Assembly: GCA_025603075.1 (NCBI GenBank)
Contig: MU626279.1
Coordinates: 112,543-176,542, forward strand
Reading direction: 5' to 3'
DNA from: Neoconidiobolus thromboides FSU 785
Lineage: Eukaryota; Fungi; Entomophthoromycota
Length of the DNA stretch: 64,000 nt
Shown here: positions 27,975 through 40,260 of the stretch, in pieces
Layout: the number at the start of each line of letters is the position of its first letter
How positions within the stretch are numbered: position 1 is the first letter of the stretch
Notes under the pieces: model-generated
Database searches by the model: none
What the model was told of the DNA's origin: nothing
The model's input: only the letters and a program-made list of their open reading frames with translations
Program-made: the position numbers and the translations under genes

Positions 27975-29243
27975 ATGGAGGTTCAAAAATTAAAAGAGGA
28001 GGGTTATGTATGGGAACAAACTGAAAGGGAGATCATAATAAAATTTATAGTAAGCAAAGAAATACTAAAGAGGAATTTGAAGGTTCAGATCGAAGCGAAT
28101 ACTATTCAAGCTAAGGTTAACGATACTGAGTTGATAATAGAGGTAAATTAAAGAAAGGGTTATAATATGATAAAATTAATCCATTATTATTAGGGTAAAC
28201 TTTATGCCAATATAAAGAAAGAAAAATCAGATTATAAGCTTGAGTGGATAGTAAATAAACACTTAAATGAAGAATATCAACAATGTAAAATAACGTTAGT
28301 GAAGGATGTGGAAGGGAGCAAATGGCCATTGGTAATAACTTCAGGTATAAAATTGGGCCAAGAAGCGGATCCAAAAAGTATATTTTTGTTTGCGCAGTTA
28401 ACAGAGGGAGTATTACCAGATAAAACAATGGAGCTTTATAAAAAATCAGCTGAGAAGGGGTACCTTTTAGCTCAGTTAAGGTTGGGAGATATCTTTGAGC
28501 TAGGAAATAAAGAAATGAAAAAAGAAAGTGATAAAGAGGAAGCTCTTAAATGGTTTCAGTTAGCAGCAGAAAAGAACTCATTAAGAGCTTTGTTTTATTG
28601 CACTAGTTATTATTTTAAATCGGATTCAAAGCTTAGTTTACATTATGCTTTGATTACCTTTAATTTATTGAAAGAGAAAATTATTGAACCAAAACATATT
28701 GAAAAATTTGATGCTTATGGGGAGCCAGTAGTGATATCAGAAGAATTTAAAGCTAAAAATGAAGGGAAACTTATGGAGTTGAAAATTTATATCAACACTT
28801 GCTTTATAATAGCTACTTTATTTTTAGAAGGTAAAAACGGACTTCATTCTGACCCTATTAAAGCTTTATTTTATTGGAAAAAAGCAAGTTTATATAACCA
28901 TGCTCCTTCCTGTTATGAATTAGCCCTTCTTTACAAGCAAGGTTTAGGCACTACGCAAAATTTATATCTCGCTGCCACTTATTTTTATAAAGCTTTTGAT
29001 ATCGATCCTAATTTTCTCGTACCTAACGATACTATTCCTAGAGAGCAATTAAATTTCGTAAAGAAAACTCAACTTGATGATGAAATCATAAAAGAGAATG
29101 TGATTGCTACTGATTCTCCTATTGCTAAAGATATTCCTAATAATCAATCTACTTCAAATAATTCCATGCGTTGGGTAATAGGGTTATCTGCTGTAGCAGT
29201 ACTTTCAATTGCGTTTATTACATTAAGAAATAAACAACGATAA
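27975..29243 (+). CDS. CS (p23/NudC-like) domain + Sel1-like repeats + C-terminal tail anchor
   Basis: YVWEQTEREIIIKF..GKLYANI..ITLVK..KWPLV (CS); KSAEKGYLLAQLRLG, ALFYWKKA (Sel1); terminal WVIGLSAVAVLSIAFITL-RNKQR*. Confidence 0.75.
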
Positions 29244-29381
29244 ATAAATCTCAGTAATATATAATAAAAAAATAAAATGAACAGTTATTGTTTTAATCAT
29301 TTATTATTTATAAACTTATAAAATAAATGTTAATAAAAACGAAAGTCATTGTAATTAAGATTATTAACAACATTTCGTTTA

Positions 29382-30335
29382 TCATCCATCCAAAGGACGA
29401 TTGAACCCACCTTTCCTATTCATATATTGACGATATTGCCTTTGTTTTTTTACATGAGCCCCAGAAACATCTGCATCATCAACTTTTTTGCCCTAGTTTA
29501 GTAAGTAAAAAAATCAACATTAAATAGTATATTTTTTACCTTTGTAGTTTCAAAAGAACCTATTCCCATTAGTTTCATCATCAATTGTTCAGGTGTTAAT
29601 TCAGCTAAAAGTATTATTAATCAAAGTTAAAAATTTGAGAAGCTAATCAATACCATCTGGGATTTTACTAAGATCCAACCTAAATAAAATTGATAAATAA
29701 ATATCTTGCTAAGTAATATAGTCTACTCTTACTTTTCTTCTTCCTTTTTATCCTCTTTTTCCTCTTCTTCTAAAAGATCAATTTAATTTTTTCAAAAGTA
29801 AAAATAAAATAAATTACCATTCACCTCCAGTTCTTTTTTTTTTCCTTTCTTTTTATTCTTTTTGCGTGTAGCTTGCTCTTCTGGACTATTACTTCTAGAA
29901 GGCGATCGTCTTCTTCTACCTGGAGATCTTGACCTTCTATTTTCAATGCTCTTTGAACGTGATCTTCCTCTTCTATAAGGTGATCTTGCTCTTCTCCTAT
30001 AATTAGGACTTCTTGAACGGGATCGACCCCCTCTATAAGGGGAACGGGAGCTCCTCCTTCTCCTTGGAGACCCACCTCTTTTTTCTCCTCTTGAATAAGC
30101 TAAGTAATCTTCCATTTCAAGGGCATAGTCTTCAAATGATAAATTAATTGCTGAATTCCAATGCTTTATTTAAATGTTTACCATCTCTTGCTCCACTTCG
30201 CCTACCATACCTACTCCTAGATCCTGATCTCTCCCTTGACCCCCATCTTCTTCGATCCCTTGATTCTCCTCTCTCTCTTGATCCATCTCTTCTTCGATCC
30301 CTTGAATCGCTTCTTTCTCTTGATTTTTCTCTCAT
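29382..30335 (-). CDS. SNRNP27: U4/U6.U5 tri-snRNP 27 kDa protein (RS-rich)
   Basis: RS-rich exons spliced to [14 protein letters not shown]...[19 protein letters not shown]; the C-terminal exons are missing from the ORF track. Confidence 0.9.
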
Positions 30336-30664
30336 ATTGAAATAAAATGAAAAAAATAAACTTTTAAAATTCAAATTCAAAGTCAAATATCTAAAAAAGT
30401 TCAAAGGTTTATAATACAGTACAAAATTATACATGAATGAAGTAATGAAGTAAAAATATTATAAAAGAATACCAACATAATACTTAACGTAGTATAATAA
30501 TATTATTAAAAATGTATAGTAAAAACATAAAACTACAGGTTCTATAAATGCTAAGATAAAATTTTATTAATCATCCAATTTTTAGAGTAAACATAAAATT
30601 AAATTTCCAAAGGCTCGTTGAACTTTTCTAATTCTGCTCAATATCCCTCTCATTACTCTCTATT

Positions 30665-32807
30665 TTATTTATCCTCTTCGTCTTTACCTTGGTCCTCTTC
30701 TTTCTTTGCTGCATTGCTTTCTTCTTTTTCTTCACCATTAGTTTCATTTTCAGCTGGATAGCCATAACTATATGAGCCATCATAGTGTCCTGAATAATCA
30801 TATTGTTGACCAGAAGGAGCAGATTTGGCATTAGGATCAGTGCCATAATACTCGCTCCCATAGGCATAGGCATTAGATGCAGACTCCTCAATATTAGATT
30901 GACCATAAGCAGCTGAAGTTGCTTCACCCTCAGCAGTAGGATAAGCATAAGCAGAACCTTCACCTCCTTGGGGATATGAATAACCCATTGAGGCATAATA
31001 AGCAGCATAATAATCATTGTACTGCTTCACGTAGGCCTCATAAGCAGCAACTGCTTCAGGGTCATTGGGATCTGGAGCCTGATAAGCTGGGTTACTGGCT
31101 GCTGCATTTGGATCTTCTTCCCCTTCGTTGTTACCTCCTTGCGCTCCATAGTTACCTCCTTCTGCTCCAGTACCTGGATACTTGTATTCACTGTTCTCAT
31201 ATCCTGGATATTGATATCCTGCTTCTCCTTGATATGCCGATTCAGCTCCTTGATAACTATATCCTGGATATTGTCCATAACTTCCACCACCATAGCCTGA
31301 GTTATATCCTGAATTTGCATACATTGGGTTTACATAGCGGCTACTAAAAAAGATTAATACTGTAACATCAAATAATATAATACACTTACTTATTATATGG
31401 CTAATTATTATAAGAAAATAAAAGATTAATATTAATAAATAATTCAAAAGGACTACATAGATGATATCCCTTTTTAAAAAATGGAAAACTTACTGCTGCT
31501 CCAACGTTAATTTTTTCGTTAATAAGGTTCTTAGCGTATTCGATGTTACTTTGAGTCCCTAACCATAAAAGTTAATATTAAAATAGACAAAAGAATAGTA
31601 TTACCTGAGATATTAATAGTACGGGTAGGAGGGGTTGGGGTAACGTCTGGCATTTCAATGAAAATTTTGGTCCTAGTCTGTTGCATTAAACCTTTGATAG
31701 TTTCACCACCTATTCCAAGAAATTAATACTTTTCAAAATGATTTAGCCAATCCAATACCTCTCCCAATGACTAGTCCTACTTTGTCTGTAGGAACTTGAA
31801 TTGAAGATTTTTCGAATCCATTTAAATTTTGATTATTACCACCTCTTGGAGAAGTATACTCTCCATTAAGAATCTGAGTAATAAACTCTCTTGCTTTTCT
31901 AATGCATTCTTCAGTTCCTTGAATATTTATGAATTTTTCGTTTTTTAATATCTGTTCACTGGTTTGTTCCATAACTACGTTCATACGTGCTCCAGAAAAT
32001 TCCATCAATTCACGGATAGTTTCTCCACCTCGCCCAATAACTAAACCCACCTTGTTATTTGGGACTGAGACTTGTTCTCGGCGTATATTAGATGGAACTC
32101 CTAACGTTTGTAAAATAGAACTTGTTGGGGTATTCAAATCGATAAATTTTTTCATATCAAAATCTGGACTTTGACTTGATACCACTAACTTATCGATCAT
32201 CTCTTTACCCTTTCTAACTTGCTCTTTACTTCCGCTTAAATCACCTTTACCATACCTTTCACCATCCGTATTTTCTTCCCTTAAATTTAATGTTGCCCCA
32301 CTGATATCCTGGATGTGTTTCAAGTACTCTAACTTATATTTAATAATGATTTTTAAGGTATTAATAGGTATTTCAAAATCTTGTGTAATTTTGTCCTCTG
32401 AGATCCCGGGTCCATAAGCTGATTTCATATAAGATGACCTACTTTGTTGGTCAGAACTACCTAAACCATATTTATTGTTATAACCTGTTTTGTTAATATA
32501 TAAATTTAAAAATAAATTTAATTTATATAGTAAGCTTACCTTCGTTATTAGAATATTGCCTTTTACTATCTCTTTCATACCCATAATCGTAATTTCTTGA
32601 GCTGCCTTCTGCTTTTTTGCCCTCGTCATTACTTAAGGTTCTCTTCCTACTATCAACATCTTCGTTAGGCATACCATGAGCCTCTTTAGCTTTAGCAGCG
32701 ATGGCTCTAGCCTTAGCTATTGCGTCCAAAAAGCTGGCATCCGTGTTCTTTGACTCACCCTTCGATAAAGAATCTGGTGGAGGAACTGCATGATATCCTT
32801 CACTCAT
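30665..32807 (-). CDS. KH-domain RNA-binding protein (FUBP/KHSRP-like) with Tyr/Gly-rich tail
   Basis: VPNNKVGLVIGRGGETIR and VPTDKVGLVIGR/GGETIK KH motifs; AYEAYVKQYNDYYAAYY tail. Confidence 0.85.
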
Positions 32808-33447
32808 CGTTTATTTTTTAAAGTTAATTGATTAACAATAATATGTCTCAACTTAGGCTTCCTTAGTTTTTGAAATTTTATGTTCTGCCTCCTTTTATTG
32901 GCTCCTTACTTATTTTTCTTTCCTACTGTTCCCCATTTTTAAATCTCTTTTTAATATTTTATTGGTTCTTTTTTGCCTGTAATAGACTGAATCAATAAAA
33001 ATTTTAAAAAACCTTAGTGCGAATATTAACATAACGATATAGTATTGTCTATATTAGTTTAATATTAAAATTATTCATCTCTAAATAGAATATATTGTCG
33101 ATATTACTATTAAATTATAAAATAGAGTTTTTACAGTATTTAAGAAAGGTATTTAAAGCAAATTCGTAGTTTCAAGGCAATCCGACATTTAAAATTTTTA
33201 AGAATAAGGCCAAATGATTATAAAATTTCACTACCAATCACACCTGAGTTTCTAATTTTTAAACTTAAGTTTAAAGTGAAAACCCGAAATTCAAGACGAT
33301 CTAAAATAGACAAGTAAAAAGTAACAAAAGTCTTAAAATAGAAATAAAAAATTGGTTAAAAACTCAAAATTAAATAATGATTGCTTTTATCTTAATATTC
33401 TTTCGCTTAATAAACAATAACTATTTATCTTATTTAATAAAAAAACT

Positions 33448-34788
33448 ATGAAATATTTGAACTTGCAATCAGTGCTACGTACAAATGCAACGAACGTCTT
33501 ACACAACAATTATAATCAACTAGAAAAAAAGAGTATGGAGTTAAAAGGAGTAACTGGTAATCAAGAATTAAAAGGGTTTGGGATTGGGCAAAATAAATGG
33601 AGTAAAGATAGTCATATAAAAATAAATATACAATTAGATATGAACGATGTAATCAAAGCAGGAGATTTATTGAAGGGGACTATTCTATTAGAGTGTTTTA
33701 CATGTGAATTCGTGCTTTTGGATCTTAAAGTAGCTATTTTAGGTGTTGAAGGTATTATATTGTTATATATTCTGAATAAGTATTAATGTTGAACTTAATA
33801 TAGAGATGATAGGAAAAATATATCCGACGACAAATAGCTTTTTACTAAGTTTAGCTAGTGTGATGGATCATGATAAATTAATATTAGAAAACTTTGACCG
33901 ATATGGTTGTAAAAAGCCAATTATTGAGTTTCCATTCGAATTACAAGTTGCCCAAGACATCCCTTCTTCTTTCAAGCATCCTTATGCTGCTATTCGATAT
34001 TTTATATTTTGGTAAGAACTATTCAATATATTAATTCATAATATAACAAAACACCTACTAATTACTTCATTAAGTCAGGCTAATATACGATATTTAAACA
34101 CAGGAGTTGAAAAGTCGTTATTTAATCAAATTGAAGTGAAAATAATTGAGAAATGCAATATTGAAAACAACCCAACAATTATTGGGGAATATTACAAAAA
34201 ATACAAACCCTTTCATTTAAATTTAAATGGATTTTCCTTTTCAGCAGTAATCCCTAATAAATACAACATAGCCGGATTTCCAATAAAATTAAGAATCAAT
34301 GGTAGTAATACTAATAAGCTAAAAGTAAACTTACATATCATAATAACATACGATAAATATCTTATTGTTTGTAGATCAAAGAAATTAAAATACAATTAAA
34401 CCGAAGTATTATATTACTAAAAAAAGACCTTATAAATGTTAATAAAATCATTTTTAAGAGGATTGAAGAAATCGACTATAAATCTAAACTATATTTAGAT
34501 CAACTTAATAGTCCAGAATTCGACTTCAACTTATCTTTTGATATCCCAGTAATTTTGTTTTTATTTTATCTATACATTATTCATTCCATTAACTATAGCC
34601 ACATGTCAAATCAATTTCTAATAGCATATATTTTCAAGTTAACTATACTATCAGTATAAAAATAGGATTTAGCTATAAGTAAGTTCATTTATTTTTAGCT
34701 TCTAATTTAAAGTATTTAATGATTCTTTAGCTTTAAAGCCGTTTTAGAATTACCTTTAGTCATATTAAATCCGGCTTCTGTAGTTTAA
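33448..34788 (+). CDS. Arrestin-fold protein, multi-exon
   Basis: AGDLLKGTILLE, FPFELQVAQDIPSSFKHPYAAIRY (arrestin-N pattern), terminal VLELPLVILNP. Confidence 0.6.
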
Positions 34789-35023
34789 ATTTTATTTTAA
34801 TATAGACTTAAACAAAAGTTATTTAATCAGTTTATTTTTATTGTTTTAAGATTTACTAGAATAGGCCTTTAATTTATAAAAAAAATAAAAAAGGTCATTT
34901 TATTGCTATTTATAATAAATGAATTCTCTATAATATAATATTAACTTACATTTCATTATTATTTTTAGTAATACAATATAAAAATATTAAGCAACAAAAA
35001 TATATCTTTAATAAGAGAATCTA

Positions 35024-35096
35024 TGGAGAACCCGGGCATCGATCCCGGTGCCTCTCGCATGCTAAGCGAGCGCTCTACCATCTGAGCTAGTTCCCC
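35024..35096 (-). tRNA. tRNA-Ala(AGC)
   Basis: Reverse complement GGGGAACTAGCTCAGATGGTAGAGCGCTCGCTTAGCATGCGAGAGGCACCGGGATCGATGCCCGGGTTCTCCA; anticodon AGC. Confidence 0.97.
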
Positions 35097-35198
35097 TTAT
35101 CCGCTCAATAAAAAAAAAATATATTAATTGCAGATATTACAAAAACTACTGTGCTATAAGCACAGTATAAACATAGATAACAAACTATATTTAAATAT

Positions 35199-35314
35199 GG
35201 GGATGTATTTTTGTATTTGAGAATTTTACTAACAATTTTCCCACTCAAAAACGCTTAAAAGATGAAAAAAACAATGAAGCCGAAAAAAACAATGAAGCCA
35301 AAAAAAACATCCCT
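35199..35314 (+). mobile_element. ~100-bp MITE, copy 1 (with a 17-bp internal tandem duplication)
   Basis: GGGGATGT...ACATCCCT, flanked by ATAT/ATAT. Confidence 0.85.
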
Positions 35315-35450
35315 ATATTTTTATCATCAAAGTGTAATCAAGACTATTTATATCTTCACTTGTATATATAGGTTAGTTTAAAAGCTTTATTTAATTTTTA
35401 TTTAACTTAAATCTTTAGTAAAAATTATAAAAATTATGTTTTTTATATAT

Positions 35451-35546
35451 TGTGAAATCTGGTACTCAGGGTTTGGAGTCAAGAACAGCTATTGTTGGGT
35501 TGACTACACTATAAGTCGAAAGGTCTTAGTTTATGTGACTAAGATA
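35451..35546 (+). repeat. Foldback family A, truncated copy (left arm and loop)
   Basis: Similar to 61444-61540 (tgtgaaatctggtactcag...taagtcgaaaggtcttagtttatgtgactaagat). Confidence 0.75.
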
Positions 35547-36090
35547 GACTTGGATTATGAGGAATAGCACGTAATAGGTTACAAGCTATACAAGACAAAT
35601 AGAATGGACAATACTAATGCAAAATCTATGTAAAACACTATTAAAAAAACTTAGTGACTTTATTAAATGTCCGAGATGTCAGGAATAATTCAGCTAAAAA
35701 GCCTCAAGCTACTATACTCTGTAAACTCTTTTATACTCTGAAAAGTATAAATATCAAAATGAGAAGATAATATTCTTTGGAATGGAGCTAGAAATTCTCA
35801 TAGTAAATCAAAATAAGAACGTGGGATTGATTTTCTCTAAACTCGAGAACACAACAGCTTAGGCGATTGTTATGCTATAATTAACCATGGGACTGACAAA
35901 GCGATATTTCATAATATCATTTTAATGTAAAATGCAAAAACAATTTTTATGTGATAAATTTCTTTTAAGATTAAAATTAAAATTACTTTTTTCAACAAAA
36001 TCATTAAGTTTTTTATATAAATATTTTATATAGGTCATATAATTATATTCTTTATTTTACTTGTTTTGGATAGTTTATAGCTTACTATAT

Positions 36091-36585
36091 GGGGATGTAT
36101 TTTTGCGTTTAAGAATTTTACTAATAATCTTTCCGCTCAAATAGCACTTAAAAATCCAGTAAGAAAAATAGATTTATATAATATATATGCCTGATACATA
36201 ATTAGAAAAAAGTTATTTAGTAAAATAAATATAATGATAAAAAATAAAACGAAGCTAGAAAAATTTCCTAACAAACAAAAAAAGTTATATAAATTATATA
36301 GATTTATATTAATATCTGAAAAAATATATTTAAAAAAATTATTAAAAAATTGAATGATAATTTTAAAATATAAAAATAAGAATAAGACCAGGAGATTCAA
36401 TAAATCTAAATCATTATAATAAACAAGCTATATCAGCATTAGGGTTTAGTATTTTATATTTAAAAAATTCATAAAGTAAATAATAGCTTAAATATTAACT
36501 TTGATTTCATTACTTTTCTATTTTTCAAACGCTATTTGAATGGAAAAATTGTTAGTAAAATTCTCAAATACAAAAATATACCCCC
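36091..36585. mobile_element. Composite element: inverted MITE left ends enclosing a transposase fragment
   Basis: + left end at 36091-36154, - copy at 36501-36585, outer ATAT/ATAT; internal RPGDSINLNHYNKQAISALGFSILYL matches the 59.7-kb transposase. Confidence 0.6.
36300..36472 (+). pseudogene. Fragment of the Sola-like DDD transposase
   Basis: Aligns by eye with the reverse complement of ~59700-59875. Confidence 0.7.
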
Positions 36586-37006
36586 ATATATATACTATAT
36601 TGGTAAAAGCCTTGGTAATCCTGAAATTTCCATTAAATTTAGTAGAAGTTCTGCTAACTTACGATATAAATTATAATAATATAATCTAAAACTGTATTGT
36701 GGGTACTTTTGCTTTTTAATAAATCCTTTATTTTTATAGAATTTAAGCAAAGTTTTTGAAATATAAAATATTTAAAAATCGGATAAAAAATGAAATCAAT
36801 TCAGACATACCCATATAATAAACTTTATATTATTTAATTGATTTATTGTATCCACTATAAGTATTTACACTCAATACTTATTATTGTTTAAGATAAACGA
36901 AATAAATTAACATATAAGTAACACAGCAGGAGAGAGTATATCCAACATTGAAATAACAGTAAAGAAAATTTATCTTAAATCAAAGCAAACAGCTTAATAA
37001 TCATAC

Positions 37007-37104
37007 GGGGATGTATTTTTATGCTTAAGAATTTTATCAACAATTTTTCCACTCAAATAGTGCTTGAAAGATAGAAAAAGTAATGAAGCCAAAAAAACAT
37101 CCCC
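37007..37104 (+). mobile_element. MITE copy
   Basis: Full length; flanks ATAC/ATAT. Confidence 0.85.
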
Positions 37105-37833
37105 ATATGTAATTTGAAACTAATGAGTGAGTAATTGCTTTAAGAAAATATTTTTTAATTGTTTGAAATAACTATTAATCCTTTTCGTTAGTACATATAG
37201 GTTTATCCTTACATATCAAACCGTTAGCTATTAATTTTAACATATTAATTGATTTAAAGTATCTTTTTTGTTTGGTCTATATCAATATACGATACTAAAA
37301 ATTTACTTAATATATTTAAAGTAACTATAACCTTTAACGTCCTCATTTAACCAAATAAGGGAGTTGGTAGCATATGTAAAATCTTTCAATACTTTGAATT
37401 TTAATATTGTTTTACATTTCTATTTCCCTGAAATATAAAAGCCAACAGGTAGAGTGACAAACAATGGTGGTATAATTTAGTTAGACGATATTTTAAAATA
37501 GAAAACACTTGTAAAGTCAAAAGATTTATTTCTAGTGATACAATTCAATTAGCACATGTAAATGTCGTTTTTTGTTTTAATAAACCAGTATAAAGCACAC
37601 CTTTTTTTAAAATTGCAAGTCGCTTAAAAAGTGAACAAGACATCAAGGCAAGGAAAAGATTACTTACTCTCTTTTATAATCAATTAAAAAAAGATGAATC
37701 ATTGCTACTACCCAGTTTAACATTATATTTGTATAAAGTTATCAATCGTCACTTTATCGATTGTATTCTTTCATCATATCATCTGTTCAGGCTTAATTTT
37801 AAAAAACATAAATATTATTTAAATCTAACATAC

Positions 37834-37922
37834 GAGGGTTTTTTTTAAAGAATTTACTAACAATCTTTCCACTCAAGTAGCGCTTAAAATAGAAAAGCAA
37901 TGAAATCGAAAAAAAGATCCCC
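37834..37922 (+). mobile_element. MITE copy
   Basis: GAGG...CCCC; TSD ATAC/ATAC. Confidence 0.85.
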
Positions 37923-38254
37923 ATACTTTATTTCAACAAGCCTACTGCCGATTTCTCATTAAAAACGGGATTAATTACAGTGATTGTTAGAATGCACCTA
38001 AAGTTAATAGTTAATCAGCTGTAAATATTAAACTTAAATAGAATTGCGTATTAGTTACTACATTTAATGGGATAATATATGATAGAGAAATCATAACCAG
38101 AAATAATAGATAGAAGTAATAAACTTGTCAATATTTTTAGTGACAACACCTTGTCACACCAACATTGACTAAACTAAACTTCTTTTTAAAAAAATCCTAA
38201 TAAACAGGTGTTATTTTAGCTATTGAAAAACAGGGATTGAATAAAAAAGTATAT

Positions 38255-38354
38255 GGGGATGTATTTTTGTGTTTAAGAATTTTACTAACAATCTTTCTAC
38301 TCAAATAGTGCTTAAAAGACGGAAAAAGTAATCAAGCCAAAAAAAAACACTCCC
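38255..38354 (+). mobile_element. MITE copy
   Basis: Near consensus; TSD ATAT/ATAT. Confidence 0.9.
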
Positions 38355-38788
38355 ATATATAAAATGACCCAGAGTGCCATCTCATATATCTTCTTTACTC
38401 TGGGAAATAAATTGCTCAAGGCTTAGATACCCCAAGAAGAAAGAAGAAAGAAGAAAGACATAAACCTTTATACTTTACAACAAAAAATAATTTTATCTGA
38501 TATTTTTTAAGGCTCAACCCTATATTTGTAATAGCATTTATTATATAATAAGGATTAATACAAATAAATCATTCTTTCCTTTAAAAATGCAAAATTAATC
38601 TATTAGTAATATCCTTATTCTTTAAAGCTTAATATTCGTTACTTAGCATCACAAGAACAATAAATACATATATATGAATTCACTTGTAAAAGCAATGATT
38701 AATTTAGACATAACAAGCGAATAAAGAGCTAACAAAGAAGCTCAATCAAAGGGCAATGAAAAAGAAAGAAGCAGTATAACTAATATAT

Positions 38789-38887
38789 GGGAGTGTTTTT
38801 TTTGACTTCATTATTTTTTCCATTTTTTAAGCGCTATGTAAGCGGAAAATTTGTTAGTAAAATTCTTAAACACAAAAATACATCCCC
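38789..38887 (-). mobile_element. MITE copy
   Basis: Inverted; TSD ATAT/ATAT; the ORF at 38787 is an artefact of this element. Confidence 0.9.
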
Positions 38888-39188
38888 ATATATTAATAGC
38901 AGTAATCGTAAACAATCGACTATTATATATTGGACAAAAACAAATGTTAATATTTACATATTTTATGTGTTAGGTTAGTATGACTTTGTAACTATATCAG
39001 AGTATTGAACGCTCTTATCTTTTGTTTACCATTTGGTTGACTAATGAAGTCGTTTATGCTCCAACATTTACACCACTGTGAACTAAATCACATTCCGAAT
39101 AAAAGGGTCTAAGCTAAATAAGTAAATAGAAAATCATAATATAAATTAAGTCTTTAATGTAATGATTTTTGATCAAAATAAATAGCCT

Positions 39189-39497
39189 GTGGTAATAGGG
39201 GGAGAAGATTTTAGGATATGGTTAGATAATAAGCTTCAGTTTATGAGATACAATCGCAAAGCACCCAGTGCCAACTTCAATAAAAAGAGATGCAATAGCT
39301 ATAGACATTATAATGTTGATCCAAAATGCGGTTGCGAACCTAACCCATGTCCAGAATTAAAACAAGGTAGAGATAAGATGACAATGGTCCCTTTTGGTCA
39401 TATAGCGGCGTACGGGTTTCCAGACTATTTGAATTTAGTTAGCAAATTTCATTCAACTAGCCATATATTGTTGACAAGTCTGAATACTCTCTTTTAA
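39189..39497 (+). CDS. Hypothetical exon or gene fragment, Cys-containing
   Basis: 102-codon ORF, relatively GC-rich, preceded by an acceptor (aaataaatag at 39184); upstream frames broken. Confidence 0.3.
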   Translation: MVIGGEDFRIWLDNKLQFMRYNRKAPSANFNKKRCNSYRHYNVDPKCGCEPNPCPELKQGRDKMTMVPFGHIAAYGFPDYLNLVSKFHSTSHILLTSLNTLF

Positions 39498-40260
39498 AAA
39501 ATGAATATCTGCACCTGACTAAATATTCAATCGGTCAAAACAAAAACAAGTTAACAGAGCTCTTAGTAGTCCAGGACAAGAGGGTACACGGTAAGTGTCT
39601 AGTAAAGCTTAAGTAAAAGGGTTTGACCATCTTGAATTTAGTAACTCTTGGATCGATGATTATTTATAGTATATTTCATTGGGAGGTAATCGACTAGATA
39701 GTAGAAGATTTTAAAGTGATCAATCCGTTTACTAAGAAAATGTCAAAGTGATCATTTATATGCGAATGCTATTTTTTCATTCTTTATACAACACAAAATA
39801 AAAGAACAACTATTAAATATTTGGACAGAAAAGCAACCCCATTTAATTTGCTTAAATGTCACTGATATGTTAAATAGATTGAATATTTGTAATTCTATAG
39901 CAGTATATTCAAACTATTTTGCTTTTTAGAATTGATAGAAAAAATAAATTTAAATATAACTAAGCATGTGAAATTCAAACTAAGCTACAAAGTTTAAAAT
40001 TTTAATTAAAATTACAAATTGTTTGTAAAGTTAGCTTAAATAAAGATTACAAAATATGGATTGAAAATCAAAACTCTCAATATACTTACTTTAAATATTC
40101 GCTCCTAAAAAAAGGAGTGAAAACCGAGGATTTCACCATTGCATATATAAAATTATACTTAATATAATAACAAGGATACTTACAAAGAATATAAAAACAA
40201 AGTATAAAGTGATAACAACAATATATAGATATCAAGAGCTGATTTAATATAAGATCGTAT

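Noticed and set aside
29821-31347. Alternative-frame and antisense ORFs over SNRNP27 and the KH gene
   Set aside because: By-products of RS-rich and Tyr/Gly-rich low-complexity coding sequence
37190-37560. Ty1/copia RT-like phrase LFVTLPVGFYISGK*KC on the minus strand
   Set aside because: Only one loosely matching motif; no YVDD or other anchor
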